A DNA stretch of 64,000 nt from Octopus bimaculoides. Its lineage: Eukaryota. This document shows, in pieces, positions 51,101 to 64,000 of this stretch (its first letter is position 1; each line of letters starts with the position of its first letter). A model generated the notes under the pieces. It worked only from the letters and a program-made list of their open reading frames with translations. It did no database searches and was not told the origin of the DNA. Both the position numbers and the translations under genes were made by a program. The stretch lies in the NCBI RefSeq assembly GCF_001194135.2, contig NC_068998.1, positions 32,793,799 through 32,857,798 on the forward strand. The letters run 5' to 3'.

Positions 51101-53509
51101 CCTTTAGATATTGTTTGTTCGTAACACACAATTCACTGGTATAAGGGTCTTTGAGACTCTATGGTATTTGAAAATTGTTGTGTGTCTCCTCATTTGAAGT
51201 TACTTTGCTGGACCTATGAATTTAACAAGAGCACAAGGTACTGCTTATAAGAATCAACAAACAAAAGATTTGTTGATCCATGCAGAATAGCGAGAATCCA
51301 AACAATGATGTATATTTCATCAATGGAGAAACCTCTGCCCTTTAGACAATGTGTGTCAATAACACATGCATAGGACAAATCTGAGAGAATGTATAACGTA
51401 TAAAGAGTGAATAGATTCCTTATTGTTTGGATTCTCATCATTCTGCATGTACTGTATTAGTTGTTATCTCTTTACCAAACATTGGCACCCTTCAGCAAGT
51501 AAATTGTTTGCTGATCCCTATAAGCGAGAGCTTGTGCTCTTATTGCATTTATTAGTCCTGCACAATAGCTTTGACTGAGAAGACACAGAATGAGGTCAAA
51601 ATGCCTTAGTGTCTTGAAGTTCCCTTACACTGGTGAATTGTGTGTATTATGAACATCCATCATCTAAAGAAGGAGGTTTTCTCCATTGAGGAAAAACAGC
51701 AGTAGTCAGATATTCATGTTCAAATTTGCAAGAATGTATTAAGAAGGAATAGATATATTGCTGTTCTGCATGTAGTCTATGAAGGAGTAGTTATATTGCT
51801 GTTCTGTATGCAGTCTATGAATTAATATATACATTTAATATTCATTAAAGTATTGTTAAAATAAGTTCTGACACTTGAATGATTACAATTTCTCCATTAG
51901 TTGTCAAAACCCTTAGATCTTTCTTGTGATTGTAATCCAAAAATTATTTTAAGTGAGCTAAATGTGCATTTTGTTTCAAGTTGAATAATCCACATGTAAG
52001 TTAGTTATTTTATTAGTGTATTCAGTACTACAGGAAGCAGAAAATGAAAATAAAGCAATATTCTTTTATTATTGAGAAGATTAATCAGCTGTCAGAAGTG
52101 TTAAAAGTGCTAAATATTTTACTAAATATTTTACTCTATTTAGTTTTTATCTATCTTGGTTATCATTTACAATCTGTATGCATTTCTCAGAAAAGCATTT
52201 ACTTCTCAAAGTAACACATGACTGATTCTATGCCCACTCCAGCAAAATTCAACATTGTAACAAGTCAAAAAGATATTAGAAAGTAATACATTCTGAGTGA
52301 CAATGATTCAGAGGGTTTATGCTTAGTACCAGAACATTCCCTTTATGATCCTAATTCTAAAAATCCACCTATTATCAAATCTCAAAAGGGATTTCAGAGT
52401 GCCACTGAGGTATTTGCAGAGTTTGCTGAATTAAGTCAGTATGATGTGATGCTAACCTTGGATGAAAAGACCAAGTGGGGTACTTAGCAACAGAAGTGCT
52501 GCCAGTTACAGGTCAATGTAATGATTAGAAGACTTGATTCAACAAGGTCACAATAGAAGAAATCAATGATGTTATTCTGTAATATTTGTTTTATATAACC
52601 AATGAAGAGTGCATTATTATAGAGGATTAGTGGTTTGAAGATTATGAACAATTTTTAGTTATTTCTGATCCTGCAGTCTTATACAGCAACTATTCCTCTG
52701 ATCACATCAAACTCACAGTGAAATCTGGATGGTTTTGATCAAGATGTGACAAAATGCTGGGAAAATGAATCATACTTTTTCATAGTGTATGTTTTTATGC
52801 ATATTTGAATTTGGTTTCCCTTATTAATCCCAACATTTCAAAGGCCATGTTTCATATAAAAGAATTTAGTAAAACTTGTAACATGGTGGAACCATCAGTG
52901 ACTAAACCAGCAACTCTGCCAAACACTTGCTTGGTTAGGAGGGTGATTTTTGTTGGACACCCTGCAGGGCAGGAAACAAAGCCTGTTAATGGGTGGATGA
53001 ACTCACTAGAAACAATAGCCATCCAAGTATATGAATCTTCCTTTGTTTGCTCTGAGAGTAAATACTGGAGGTGGTAATCATCACAGAATAACCAACTTCA
53101 ATGAGTGCAGACAGGTCTCTCAGAAGTCTTGGCTGACAACCTGTCAAGTGGTATGATGTAACTACTGGCTGGTGGTAACCTTAAAACACACATCTCATCT
53201 GCAAGAAAAATGTCTAAAATGAAATGTAATCCTAACAGCGCCCACGAGGCTGGAGCTTTTAGCTAAGGTATCATGTTTGATTGGTATCCTGTGGAACAGC
53301 AGTGCAAGCCCAGTCATAATCAGGCTACTAAGGATCCACAACAGCAAAGAGATAATATAGACAAGTGAGAACAACAAATTGTTGTTTGAATGTTATATTA
53401 GGAGTGAGCCAGAGAAGCTATGCTACGGAAAAAAAGGTTGGGAAAAAAAGAGCTTGGGAAAAATCATGACCAACATAATTAGCTGAAGGATGTGAGTGAC
53501 CAAAGATTA

Positions 53510-54790
53510 GTTGATCAGTTCAGACAAACTGAGATCAAGAAGTGAATAGAAAAGGTTGAACAATGGCAGTGCAAAAGGAACTGTAGGAGACAAATAAATG
53601 GTTTTCAGGGCATTGTAGAAGCATTTGGAATTGTTGCAGTCAGCATATTTCTGTATCTCATCTGCCTTATTGCTGAGCCAGGAGTCCTTCATCTCTCTGA
53701 GTTTTGCCTGCACTTACTTCTGACAGTGTTAAAGGCTGCTTTCTTGGAAGCCAATGTGCTCTCTTGCTGAAAGACTCTGTAGGCTTCATGCTTCTCATCG
53801 AGCAGTTTCTTGATTTCCTCATTACTGTCATTGAACCAGTCCAGGTGTCTATGTGTGTTTTGGCCCAGATTAATTAGTGCAGTGTTCTACACCATATCTC
53901 TGAATGCTGCTCAATCCACTTCTGCTCCCTTTGTACCAATGTCAAATTACCTCAGCTAACTGTTCAGGTCCTTGAAGTTCTGTTGCAAGGGGTGCCATTC
54001 CAGTTTGCAGGCATCTAGTCACTTGTTTGACAGCTTCCCTTGTGGCTGCTGCCTCGGCTGGATGTGCATGTTGGATTTTGTGGGGATGAGGGTGATCTGT
54101 TGAGCATTCATGGCCTTCATTTAACATCCTGCCTATCTCATCTCATGACTATGATACAGTTGTGCTGATGTCAACGCCTTTTGTGTGGATGCCTCCAGGA
54201 TATCTAGTTGCATTTTGGGAGCTGAAATACTGTGATGGTAATCAGGAGGTCATGTGCTGCACTGGTCTTCATCAGTAGATAACTGTTGCTGTTGCTTTTA
54301 CCAACACTATTTCCTTCAATTACTCCCTCCCATGTCTGGTAGACTGTGCCAATTCTGGTATTCAAGTCACTGAAGACGAGCTTGTCCTCCTTAGGCACAG
54401 CTGCTTTTAAAGTCTCCAAGTCTTTGACCTCTCCTGGAATAGTCAAGGTGGGGTTGTAAGCACTGATGATGGTAGCATAGAACTTTTCTTTAAGTAGGAG
54501 TCACAGAGACGTCAGCTGGTCATTCACTCCTTTGGAGAAGCTGGTTAGCTTGCTGATCAGACTGGATCCAATGGCAAAACCCACTCCTGCTTCATGATAT
54601 CTGTTGCTGCTTTGGCCATCCAGCAGAATTTGTAGTCAGCTTTGATCTCTGTCAGTTGACCTTCATCTGAAAGCCTGGTCTTGCTCACAGCTACAATGTG
54701 AATGTTGTACCTGTCAAGTTCTCTTACGACAAGTGTTGTCTGTGTCTCAGGTCTGTTCATTCTGGAGCCGTCCATGTGTCAATGGAGGTT
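53510..54790 (-). mobile_element. Decayed RTE/BovB-like LINE, endonuclease and linker region
   Basis: NRPETQTTLVVRELDRYNIHIVAVSKTRLSDEGQLTE...YKF; DLNTRIG...VIEGNSVGKSNSN..LL; AKLREMKDSWLSNKADEIQKYAD.NNSKCFYNALK. Confidence 0.9.
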
Positions 54791-55330
54791 TTTTTCATGG
54801 ACATGGATACACACAGACACGCACACACACAGACACACACATGCATGCATGTGTCTGCATGCACACGTGCAAACACACACACACGCACACATGATAAATT
54901 TCTGCACAGTTTTTATGAAATCCTACTCACAATCTATTGAAGCAATCTAAAGTTATAAACTCTCACCCTAAGTATAGTGAAATATCTATGCTTGCCTCTG
55001 TATTATGTTTCAATAATACTTGGCTGTTCCAAACAAACCAAACTTTAACATCTTTGATTATTCTGTTTACAATGTTTAGAATAATATATGTGTGTGTGAA
55101 TACATATAAAATCCTGATATATATTGTATGTGTGTTAGAATCTGAGTTTTTGTATGCTAATTATTGTGTTGCAAATGCTAAAATATTCAATATTCAATAC
55201 ATTATTTTATTGAATTCCAGTTTTTAATACTGCAGGCTTTTAAACATTCATTATCCCAGAAGACCTCTAAATTTTGTTTCATCTCTTATGAGACCACAAC
55301 ATTAATAGAAATGCAAACTATTATACTATA

Positions 55331-55409
55331 CATACACACACACACACACACTCATGCACACAGACACACACACGCACATGCACACACACACATACACACA
55401 CAAACATAT

Positions 55410-55463
<54 letters not shown>

Positions 55464-55585
55464 GTATACACGCACACACAGACATATATATATATGTACA
55501 CATACATATATATGTACATATACATATATATACATACATATACACACACACACACACACACTCACACACACACACATATATATAT
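55331..55585. repeat. Compound (CA)n/(CT)n/(TA)n microsatellite
   Basis: Visible in the sequence. Confidence 0.95.
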
Positions 55586-55929
55586 GAAAAGATAAGTTGT
55601 TTTGTCTATTGGGAAATTCCAAATCTTTTTTGTTAACAATATCTCCATACATTACTGGAATATAATTCAGTTATCTATTTCCACAATAACTGTTCTTGTT
55701 CTTTGTGTTTTTATCTTTTCTTGGAGTGTCTCATTTTATTCAAGCTAAACATTTCAATTGAAATCCCTCACAACTTCTGGTATAGCTTTATACTTCTCAT
55801 AATGTAAAATTCTAATCATATCAACCAGCATGTGCATTTGAGGACATCTTCATATTACAGACATTTCATATATGGATTTCTTTGAAGAACTTCTCCACTT
55901 GCCTCAGTGATGTTCTACTAATATGCAGA

Positions 55930-56330
55930 AGGTGCACTGAGCAAACATTGTTGAGAAGACTGATGTCTCCCATGAATTCTTGAAGACCTGTAGAGTGAAT
56001 ATTTGGTCTGCTGAGCTGGATCCAGGACTGATGTCATACTGTTCTTCCCTTTTCCAGATACCTAGTGCAGACTTTACTGGAGAGCCCAGCAAGGAAGTTC
56101 CTCTATAATTAGAGCACTCTCTCATTTCCCTTCTCATCACTCCAGGTTGCCATACTTTAGTGCCTTCCCAGAAGTACAAGTCAGCTAGAGAATACCTTCT
56201 CTATTTTAAGGCTTTTAACATCTCAGACACAATTTCATTCTTTGCAGCAGCCTTACCACATTTCATCGCTTTAATATCCCTGTTGCTTCAGCTCTGGGAG
56301 GTTAGTTTTTGCCCCTAGATACACCACATA
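55930..56330 (-). mobile_element. RTE-like LINE RT N-terminal fragment
   Basis: KAIKCGKAAAKNEIVSEMLKAL; RECSNYRGTSLL; DQIFTL. Confidence 0.7.
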
Positions 56331-56549
56331 TACATCCAATGATTTTATTGTGACTGGGTTAGGGATATAGCAAAGTATTCTCTCCTTGTCCCAAGGATAT
56401 TTTTATGCATAAAGAGAAGGATCCCAGTTAAGTTCTTAATGACAGCTGTGGAAGATGGTGGTATTCATAAGTGAAAGAAGGCAGGAGGCTGAGTTTGATG
56501 CTAGATTTGCAGGTGCTGACACAGTAGTGCACCTACTTCGGTATTTGAT

Positions 56550-56730
56550 CCTCAAAAGATGAGAGGTTGGTATAAAAGCCAAACTTTGCTACTTTGGATT
56601 TAGTTTTCATGCCTATCCATACCTATGGCCGTAAATTATGGGTAATGACTGAAAGAGCGAAATTGGAAATGCAAGTCACTCAAATGAGATGCGTTCTCCG
56701 TATTGTGATGTCATAGATGTCTAGTACTAT
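56550..56730 (+). mobile_element. RTE-like (Expander/Rex3-type) RT C-terminal fragment
   Basis: Frameshifted KAKL...VFMPIHTYGRKLWVMTERAKLEMQVTQMRCVLRI. Confidence 0.65.
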
Positions 56731-57422
56731 GGAAATGTGACTAGAATGTCACAGCTCTAATACTAATGCTATGTAATTGGAATGTTACAAGATGGATTCT
56801 TCAAGCTGAACTGAATGGCAGAAGACCAAGGGGTAAACCAAGAATGAGATGACTGGATAATATCCATAGTCTGAATTGGTCATGTGTGAGAATCTAACAG
56901 GTGAGTGTAATAAGGGTTGCTTCTGATAGAACACTGTAGAGGAGGTGCTTGAAGACTCTATCTCCACAAACCTTCCAGGAATGGCGGGCAGTGAAAAATG
57001 GATGGATGAATTTCTTTGAAGTTGGTAAATTCTAATGTTTATAGGACACAAGGTAATTAAATTGAACTTTGAGTATTTATTGAAGCAAAAATAATGAAAG
57101 ATGGAATGCATATGAACTAAAATTTACCTCAGAAACAGAGACTGACAATTACCAGTTAAATTATTACTATACTCATTGATTGGAACTATAGTTTGACATA
57201 TTGTATTTATCCCAGTCTCCTTGACTGACAAAACTGATTCCTTGATTGAGAAAAATGCAGATTTTCAGCCATATTAAAATAATGGGCAAGTGGCAAAGGC
57301 AACCTGAAAATACAGAAAAAAAAGTTAGGGAAGTAATTTTTTATTCTCAAATGCAGGATGATGCTAATAATATAGCATGAACAAGATAAACTACCCATAT
57401 TTTGCAGAAAAATGTGTTGGCG

Positions 57423-57494
57423 GCCAACCATGAGACTCGAACTCACACCCTTGTGATTACGTGTTGCAGCGCTCTACCGTTAAACTAAACTGCA
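57423..57494 (-). tRNA. tRNA-Thr(CGT)-like pseudogene or tRNA-like Pol III unit
   Basis: 72 nt. A-box-like TAGTTTAACGGTAGAGC, T arm GTGAG-TTCGAGT-CTCAT, anticodon loop CA-CGT-AA, downstream TTTTT. Acceptor and anticodon stems are imperfect. Confidence 0.65.
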
Positions 57495-60184
57495 TCCCAC
57501 CCAAAGAAAATCAATATATCTGGCATTATTGGCATAAACAAATATTTGTTAATTGTAAAATCTACAGTTATAATCTTATGAATTGAAATAAAGGATTTGT
57601 TTTTTATTTAATATTCCAAATGTTCATGATACATAAAATCTATCATTGCTTTGTTCAGTATTTCTATCCGTACAGTAAATTTCCAGGATAAAAGATATAG
57701 CAATATTTTGATTTAAATGTCATTGAACATATATTAACAATAAGTTTCAACACGCTTCTACCCCTAAATTAAACACTTCGTATTTGCTCTTCAGCAGTTC
57801 GTTTAAATTAGATAAAAACTAAAAAAGAATATTTGTTCATCTTATGTTTCTGAAATGGTAAAGTTGAAATTAAATAAAAAAAAAAAAGCAAAGAAAGACT
57901 TAATCGCTATGTTAATTCTATCTTTGCTACTATAGGAAATTATTTTTAACAAATAACATGTATTCTGATTTATGTAAATAATAAAGTTAACAAGGATTGT
58001 TTATTAAGTACCACTACAATTTAAGTTAATTAACAAATTGTTTATTTAGTTTGTTTATTGTAGTTTACTTGTTTATCTATTTTTGCTTAAATCAAGCCTT
58101 AATTATCAATGCATTTGTAACTTTAGATGATATCTATTTTAATCTCTGGAATTTATTAACTTCAACTGGAAATAAACAGAAAAGAGGAATTAATGAAAAG
58201 CTAAAACTGGATAACTGTATGAAAACAATGGAATTTATTGAATGCTGGATTTGGGAAATCAATAGTGAATAATGGGAACATAATTACTATTAAATGTTGC
58301 AATTAAATTGCTAATAAAATCTAAAGGTAATTTTTCTTGAAATTTAGTTTTATGTATCAATAGTTGTGAAGATTTCTCTAAAACACATATATGAGCGCAA
58401 TATGAATAAAAATGTAGCCATTCTGAAGAGTCTCTAGAAAAGAGGTCTTCAAATAATTTATTGTAGAATCAAACATTATTTCTCATCATTGTTTAATTTA
58501 ATTCCTCATTGAAAACTCACAAAGGCTACTGGATATTTTTTCCTGCTGTTAAAAAAATTACAGCTTAGATATTTTTATAAACTCTCATTAGTAATTTGGA
58601 ACAGCTGACAGCTTTTATTTGAAATTTTTTCTTCATATTCTACTTGTAAAATAAAAACTTGCTTTTCACAAATTTTATACAATAAAGAATCATTACTGAT
58701 ATAAGAGAGTGTTTCTTGAAAAAATGTAAACACATGCAAATAAAATTGAGTGCATTTGTAATCATGAAGCTGCTCTTTACTAAAGCAGAGTTGACTGGGT
58801 TTATTCCAAAACACTAATTGTGAAACTCTATTGCTCCAATATTAGTATGTGTGAGAGACCATAAGTAAGATGTATTACTCATTATATAAATTATCTTAAT
58901 AATCAGCTAATACCATTGAACTCATTGTTATTGCTTTTATTGTTATCAAATGAAATGTTAATGTTGATTTGATAGATAACAATACTAGAGTTGTTTCAAC
59001 AATAGAAAAGAGCCAGAAATGTATTGTGTGGGCTTTATTTAAATTTAATTTTGGTTTAGTTTGGTTTTGTTCTTGAAGTTTTCTAATCTATAGAAAGAAA
59101 CGAGTAACATTATTAAGCTGGAAAATATGATGTGGTAGTTATTGAGTCGTCAAAAACAGATAATTATTACAAAAATACAAATGTGTAAATATTGAGAAAA
59201 TCATTATATATCATATTTTAAGTTACAGATCTAAGATAACAATCTTAACAATTATTCTAGAAGTATTTTACTGTTTATCAAAACCAACATTTATTGTTGA
59301 TTCTTATCAATAAACTGATGTACATATGGATTTCTCACTGCATAAAAATTTTGCATAAGCAATGTAGTTGATTAAATTCACTCAGTATTCATTCACTATT
59401 TATATTATCCTCAGAAGCATAAAAGATAAAGTCATATACAGTATTGCAAGGTATTGTATCTTATGCTCTATTAATTTTGCCATCCGCTGCTCTAAATGTA
59501 GAATATATATTAAAAAGTAATATTCAGCTGTAATCATGAACTCATTCTTTCTTGTAGATTCTTATACATTTCACTTAAAGATGTGAAAGACAAGGGATAA
59601 TGACAAGAAGAATACAGGAAGGAAGGACAGTTAAAAGCATTATTTCCTGACAATTTTATTTCACAATATTTCTCTCTTTCTCTCTTGATATATGAAGACC
59701 AATGTGTCTCATGAAATTATCATCAGATAGATAATATTATTCCTTAGTACAATTTTCTCCTTGGCATAATCTTTAAAGCACTACAACATGATAGTGTCTA
59801 CTTTGGTCTTATTTAAATTCCTAGCTTGTCTCCTTTTTGCTGTTAAGTTGAAGAAATGACCTCGTATCTAAGATACTGGTTGATATTAACTCAGTATATA
59901 TATCCTAAGTCAATACCAACCAATCTCTCTCTGTGTCTCTCTCTCTTACTCACACACGCACAGAGTTTACATATATATATATATATATATGTGTGTATAT
60001 ATATATGTGTGTGTGTGTGTGTGTCTGTGTATGCTATCTAAAACAACTGCAGCCAAGAAAAGGATGTGACAGAAGTCAGTTATCAAAATTTACAAAATAA
60101 ATAAATAAAGAAAGAAGCTGGTTAAAGGAAACAAATTAGACAATATATGACTTTTTATCATATGTACATCCACACATGAAAAAG

Positions 60185-60500
60185 ATGTTCTACCACCACC
60201 ACCAACAACAATAACAACGATAATACCTCTTCTTTTTCTTCTCTTCCTCCTCCCCTTCCTCCTCTTCCTCCTCCTTCTCTTCCTCCTCCTCCTCTTCCTN
60301 NNNNNNNNNNNNNNNNNNNNNNNNNNNNNNNNNNNNNNNCTCTTCCTCCTCCTTCTCTTCCTCCTTCTCTTCCACCTCCTTCTCTTCCTCCTCCTTCTTC
60401 TCTTTCTTCTTCTTCTCCTCTTCCTCCTCCTCCTCCTCCTCTTCCTTCTCCTCTTCCTTCTCCTCTTCCTCCACCTCCTCTTCCTTTTTCTCCTCCAGTC
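60185..60500. repeat. Polypyrimidine (CTT/CCT)n tract spanning a gap
   Basis: Visible in the sequence; source of the poly-E and poly-R/K pseudo-ORFs. Confidence 0.95.
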
Positions 60501-60807
60501 TTGCCTCTCAGTCTGTGTAAGGCTCTTTAATTCAGTTGTACAATTTGTATACTGCACTCCCTGTAACAATCAGTAAAACAATACAAGACCTATCCACATA
60601 TAAGCAACAACAAATATTAACAACAACAACTTACATTATACAACAATTGCCATTCAGTAATGTAATACAAGCCATGCAATAGATACAACCCAATCACTAC
60701 TCAATACTAAAGCAGATAACACAACTCTCACAACACATGAAGCCATTACTATGCAATATAGTGTCTTCCCTTGTACATAAGCTGCACGACTAACAACAGA
60801 AATTCTA

Positions 60808-60968
60808 GGCACAGGTATGGCTGTGTGGTAAGAAGCTTGCTTCCCAACCACATGGTTCTGGGTTCAGTTTCACTACTTGGCACCTTGGGCAAGTATCTTC
60901 TACTATAGCCTTGGGCTTACCAAAGCCTTGTAAGTGAATTTGATTGACAGAAACTAAAAGGAGCCTGT
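60808..60968 (+). mobile_element. SINE family A 5' half
   Basis: ggctgtgtggtaagaagcttgcttcccaaccacatggttctgggttcag...ccaaagccttgtaagtg. Confidence 0.85.
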
Positions 60969-61030
60969 TCTGTGTGTCTTTGTGCCTTTGTGAGTTCCCC
61001 ACAACCAGTGTGGATTGGTCAGTTTTACAA

Positions 61031-62377
61031 AGATGCTTGATGGAAATGTTTGATGAAAATGAACCACTCTAGATTGGTTTGAATGGGTTTCAATCAGTTT
61101 AGATCGGTTTCAACCAGTTTAGACCGTTTTGGATCAATTTCAATAGTATTGCTCAAAATGTTTGAAGATGTTTGGACCAGTTTCAACCAGTTTCGATGGG
61201 TCTGTTTGGTTTCTTTTGAAACAGTTTAGACTGGTTTGGACCAATTCCAACAGTCCAGTTTGATGATGTTTGGATGTGTTTCACCCAGGTTTGATCAGAT
61301 GCTTGATGGAGATGTTTAATGAAAATGTTTGATAAAGATGTTTGAAGAAAATGTTTACTGAAAATGTTTGAACTGCTCTGGATTGGTTTGAAGTGGTTTG
61401 AAAATGTTTGAACTGCTTTCAAATTGTTTAAACCGTTTTGGATGAATTTCAACAGTTTGGAGTTGTTTGATTAAGAAAATGTTTGATTAAAATGTTTGAT
61501 GAAGACGTTTGCTCGCTCAAAATGTTTGATGAAGATGGCTGGACCAGTTTCAACCCGTTTCAATGGGTCTATTTCACAAAGATACTTGATGAAAATGTTT
61601 GAACCAGTTTGGTCCGGTTTCAACTAGTTTAGACTGTTCTGGAATTATTTCAACAGTTAAGAGTGGTCTGTTTGTTGAAGATGTTTGATGAAAATGTTTG
61701 GTGGTTGATGGTGTTTGACAAAAATGTTTGATGAAGATATTTGTACCAATTTCAACTACTTTCAATCTGGAGATGCTTGATGAAGATGTTTGATGAACAT
61801 TTTTGAACTGGTTTGGAATAGTTTCATCCAGTTTAGAATGTTTTGGACAAATTTCAACAGTTTGGGCAAGTCTATTTGAAGTTTGATGAAAATGTTTGAT
61901 GAAGATGTTTGGACCGGTTTTACCTAGTTTGGACCAATTTCAACCTTTTGGATAAAGTTGAAGATGTTTGATTAAAATCTTTCATTAAAATATTTGAACA
62001 TGTTCAGACAGCTTTTGGCTGGTTTCATACAACTTGCACCAACATGGACCAATTTCAGTAGTTCGGACTGGTTTGTTTGATGAAGTTGTTTGATGAAGAT
62101 ATTTGATGAAAATGTTTCATGAAAATGTTCGATGAAGATGTTTAGACTAGTTTCAACCAGTTTGGACTGGTTTGTTAGATGAAGATTTTTTATGGAAATC
62201 TTTGATGAAAATTTTGAAAATGCTTGATGAAGATGTTTGACGAAAATTTTTGTATTGGTGTCAACTAGTTTAGACCAGTCTGTTTGATGAAAATGAAGAT
62301 GTTTGATGAGAATGTTTAATGAAAAATCTTGATGAAAATGTTTGGATCCGTTTGGACTGGTTTCAAGCAGTTTAGAC
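61031..62377. repeat. Complex degenerate satellite made of alternating 12-bp (aaatgtttgatg) and 10-bp (gaccagtttc/g) sub-arrays
   Basis: Both motifs recur many times and are visible in the sequence. Confidence 0.9.
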
Positions 62378-62529
62378 ATCAAATGTCAAATATGCACTTT
62401 CAGCTCATCCATTTTATGGGTATGAAATTTAATGATAAACTATGATGTGAATGCTTTCAATGCTTAAATAGGAATGACAGATAAGGCTCTGTTAAAAAAG
62501 AATAGTTTCCATTTCAATTTTAGATATCT

Positions 62530-62672
62530 GATTTGACCCAATATAAAACTCAACTCCATCGGTCATGAATGACCATGGGTGCACCTAAGAGGTTCTCCTC
62601 TGGGGTACAAGTCTGGGTAGAAAGTCACCTCACCAGCAAACACATGCTCTAACCACTGAGCTATGTGCCTTC
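62530..62672 (-). mobile_element. tRNA-derived SINE fragment (family D)
   Basis: ggtcatgaatgaccatggg...tgctctaaccactgagctatgtgccttca, a tRNA-like head in reverse orientation. Confidence 0.55.
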
Positions 62673-62726
62673 ACACACACACACAACAAACAAACACACA
62701 CACACACACACACACACAACAAACAA

Positions 62727-62757
<31 letters not shown>

Positions 62758-63164
62758 TACACACATATATACATATATGTATGTATGTATGTATGTATGC
62801 ATGTATGCATGTATGCAAGCTGAGTATCCCATCATTGCCAGGTAATTTTTATAATAGAATGCCTCGGCAGACTTTCAGAATTGCCCACCCACAGAAGATT
62901 TTTCAAATTTTTAATCCCCACCACCTTGCAAAATGATGTGGAGAAGTTTCTTATCAAAAAAATGTTTATAAAATCTATAAATGCATTACTTCTGGACTGA
63001 TTTTGTCCAAGTTTTGTTAGCACTATGCATAAACAATGGGAGAAACCTTGTCGATTTCTAAATTCAAATTAGTTTTTTTCAAGGATGTACCATTTCAGAG
63101 CCTTTTGTGGCTAAACACACATACATAACCACATACACACATTTTTATCGTAGACATGTGTATA

Positions 63165-63221
<57 letters not shown>

Positions 63222-64000
63222 ACTCTATAGAAATAAACGTATTACATTTCACTCAGGCATTGCAAGACTAATAACCTTGTTTAGAACTCAATAAATGTAT
63301 TCTTCAGAATGAATTGTTAGACAAGTATCGAGTGGTAATAGAGATGACAAAGGAAAAAAAGCAGGTTATGTTATGAGCTTCATTAGCTTATGAATGCTTC
63401 TGCTATAAGATGCAGTGGACTCATAGTTGAGTGCCTGAATGACATCCTGTACTTCATGAAACAAACTTGTGTGTGTGTGTGATGGTTGTTCTCTTGTGAT
63501 CAAGGAAGACCATCACTGATTATTCAAAATGCCTGCAATGCCAATGCATAAGGTTACAGCACCAGCAGTTGGCTTCACCTTCATTCATGTCCACAGCTTC
63601 CATGCTCACAGCAGTGCTCTCCTACTTGACTGGGCATTGGATAGTTGCCCTGTTGGGCGATTGCACGTGCAAGCAAAAGATATCCAAAATGTTCAGTGCC
63701 ATTCCTTGTATATCTGTTTTTATTTCTGAGTGACTTTCTCTTAGAGACATGCTTTAACAAAAGCTAAGAGGTTCCTCACTCCCAGTAGTCTTCCAGCACA
63801 CCAGACACCAACCCAAAATTTCTGAGGGCCCATGCTACTGTTAGATAATTGTCACTAATATATATATATATATATATATATATGCATACATACACATATA
63901 AGCAATATTATTTACATGTGTATGTGCATTCATCATTCATACCATTTACACTAAAATATGGACATATATTTTCAAGTTAATATATTTATATATTTTGTAG

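Noticed and set aside
58778-58793. 16-mer identical to the telomeric-MITE terminus (tactaaagcagagttg)
   Set aside because: No further similarity and no partner TIR; probably chance or a tiny relic.
60090-60569. Arg/Lys-rich (protamine-like) and poly-Glu ORFs
   Set aside because: They are translations of a (CTT/CCT)n tract that contains a gap.

Overview
Very AT-rich, microsatellite-rich eukaryotic DNA with seven assembly gaps (2339-2370, 24671-24701, 26573-26815, 28841-28850, 33223-33379, 47180-47370, 60300-60339). The SINE/LINE repertoire resembles an Octopus (coleoid cephalopod) genome; this is inferred from recalled repeat motifs, not from a search. I found no host protein-coding gene I can support, and most ORFs in the track are microsatellite or transposon noise. 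The window is largely decayed mobile DNA: three Penelope-like (PLE) families, three restriction-like-endonuclease non-LTR clades (HERO-, R4/Dong- and CRE-like), RTE and CR1-like LINE pieces, a hAT transposase pseudogene, mariner and Tc1 remnants, MITEs and many SINEs. Highlights: (1) a 6.2-kb PLE locus with fold-back plus tandem architecture and a hammerhead-shaped fold with a non-canonical core in all three terminal repeats; (2) a 507-bp LTR remnant inside the hAT gene, with an exact 4-bp TSD and a 33-nt tRNA-Trp primer site; (3) a 199-bp palindromic MITE carrying telomere-type repeats; (4) two ~90-bp near-perfect inverted-repeat elements with hammerhead-like motifs; (5) a bipartite 10/12-bp satellite; (6) a stand-alone tRNA-Thr-like sequence with a Pol III terminator.
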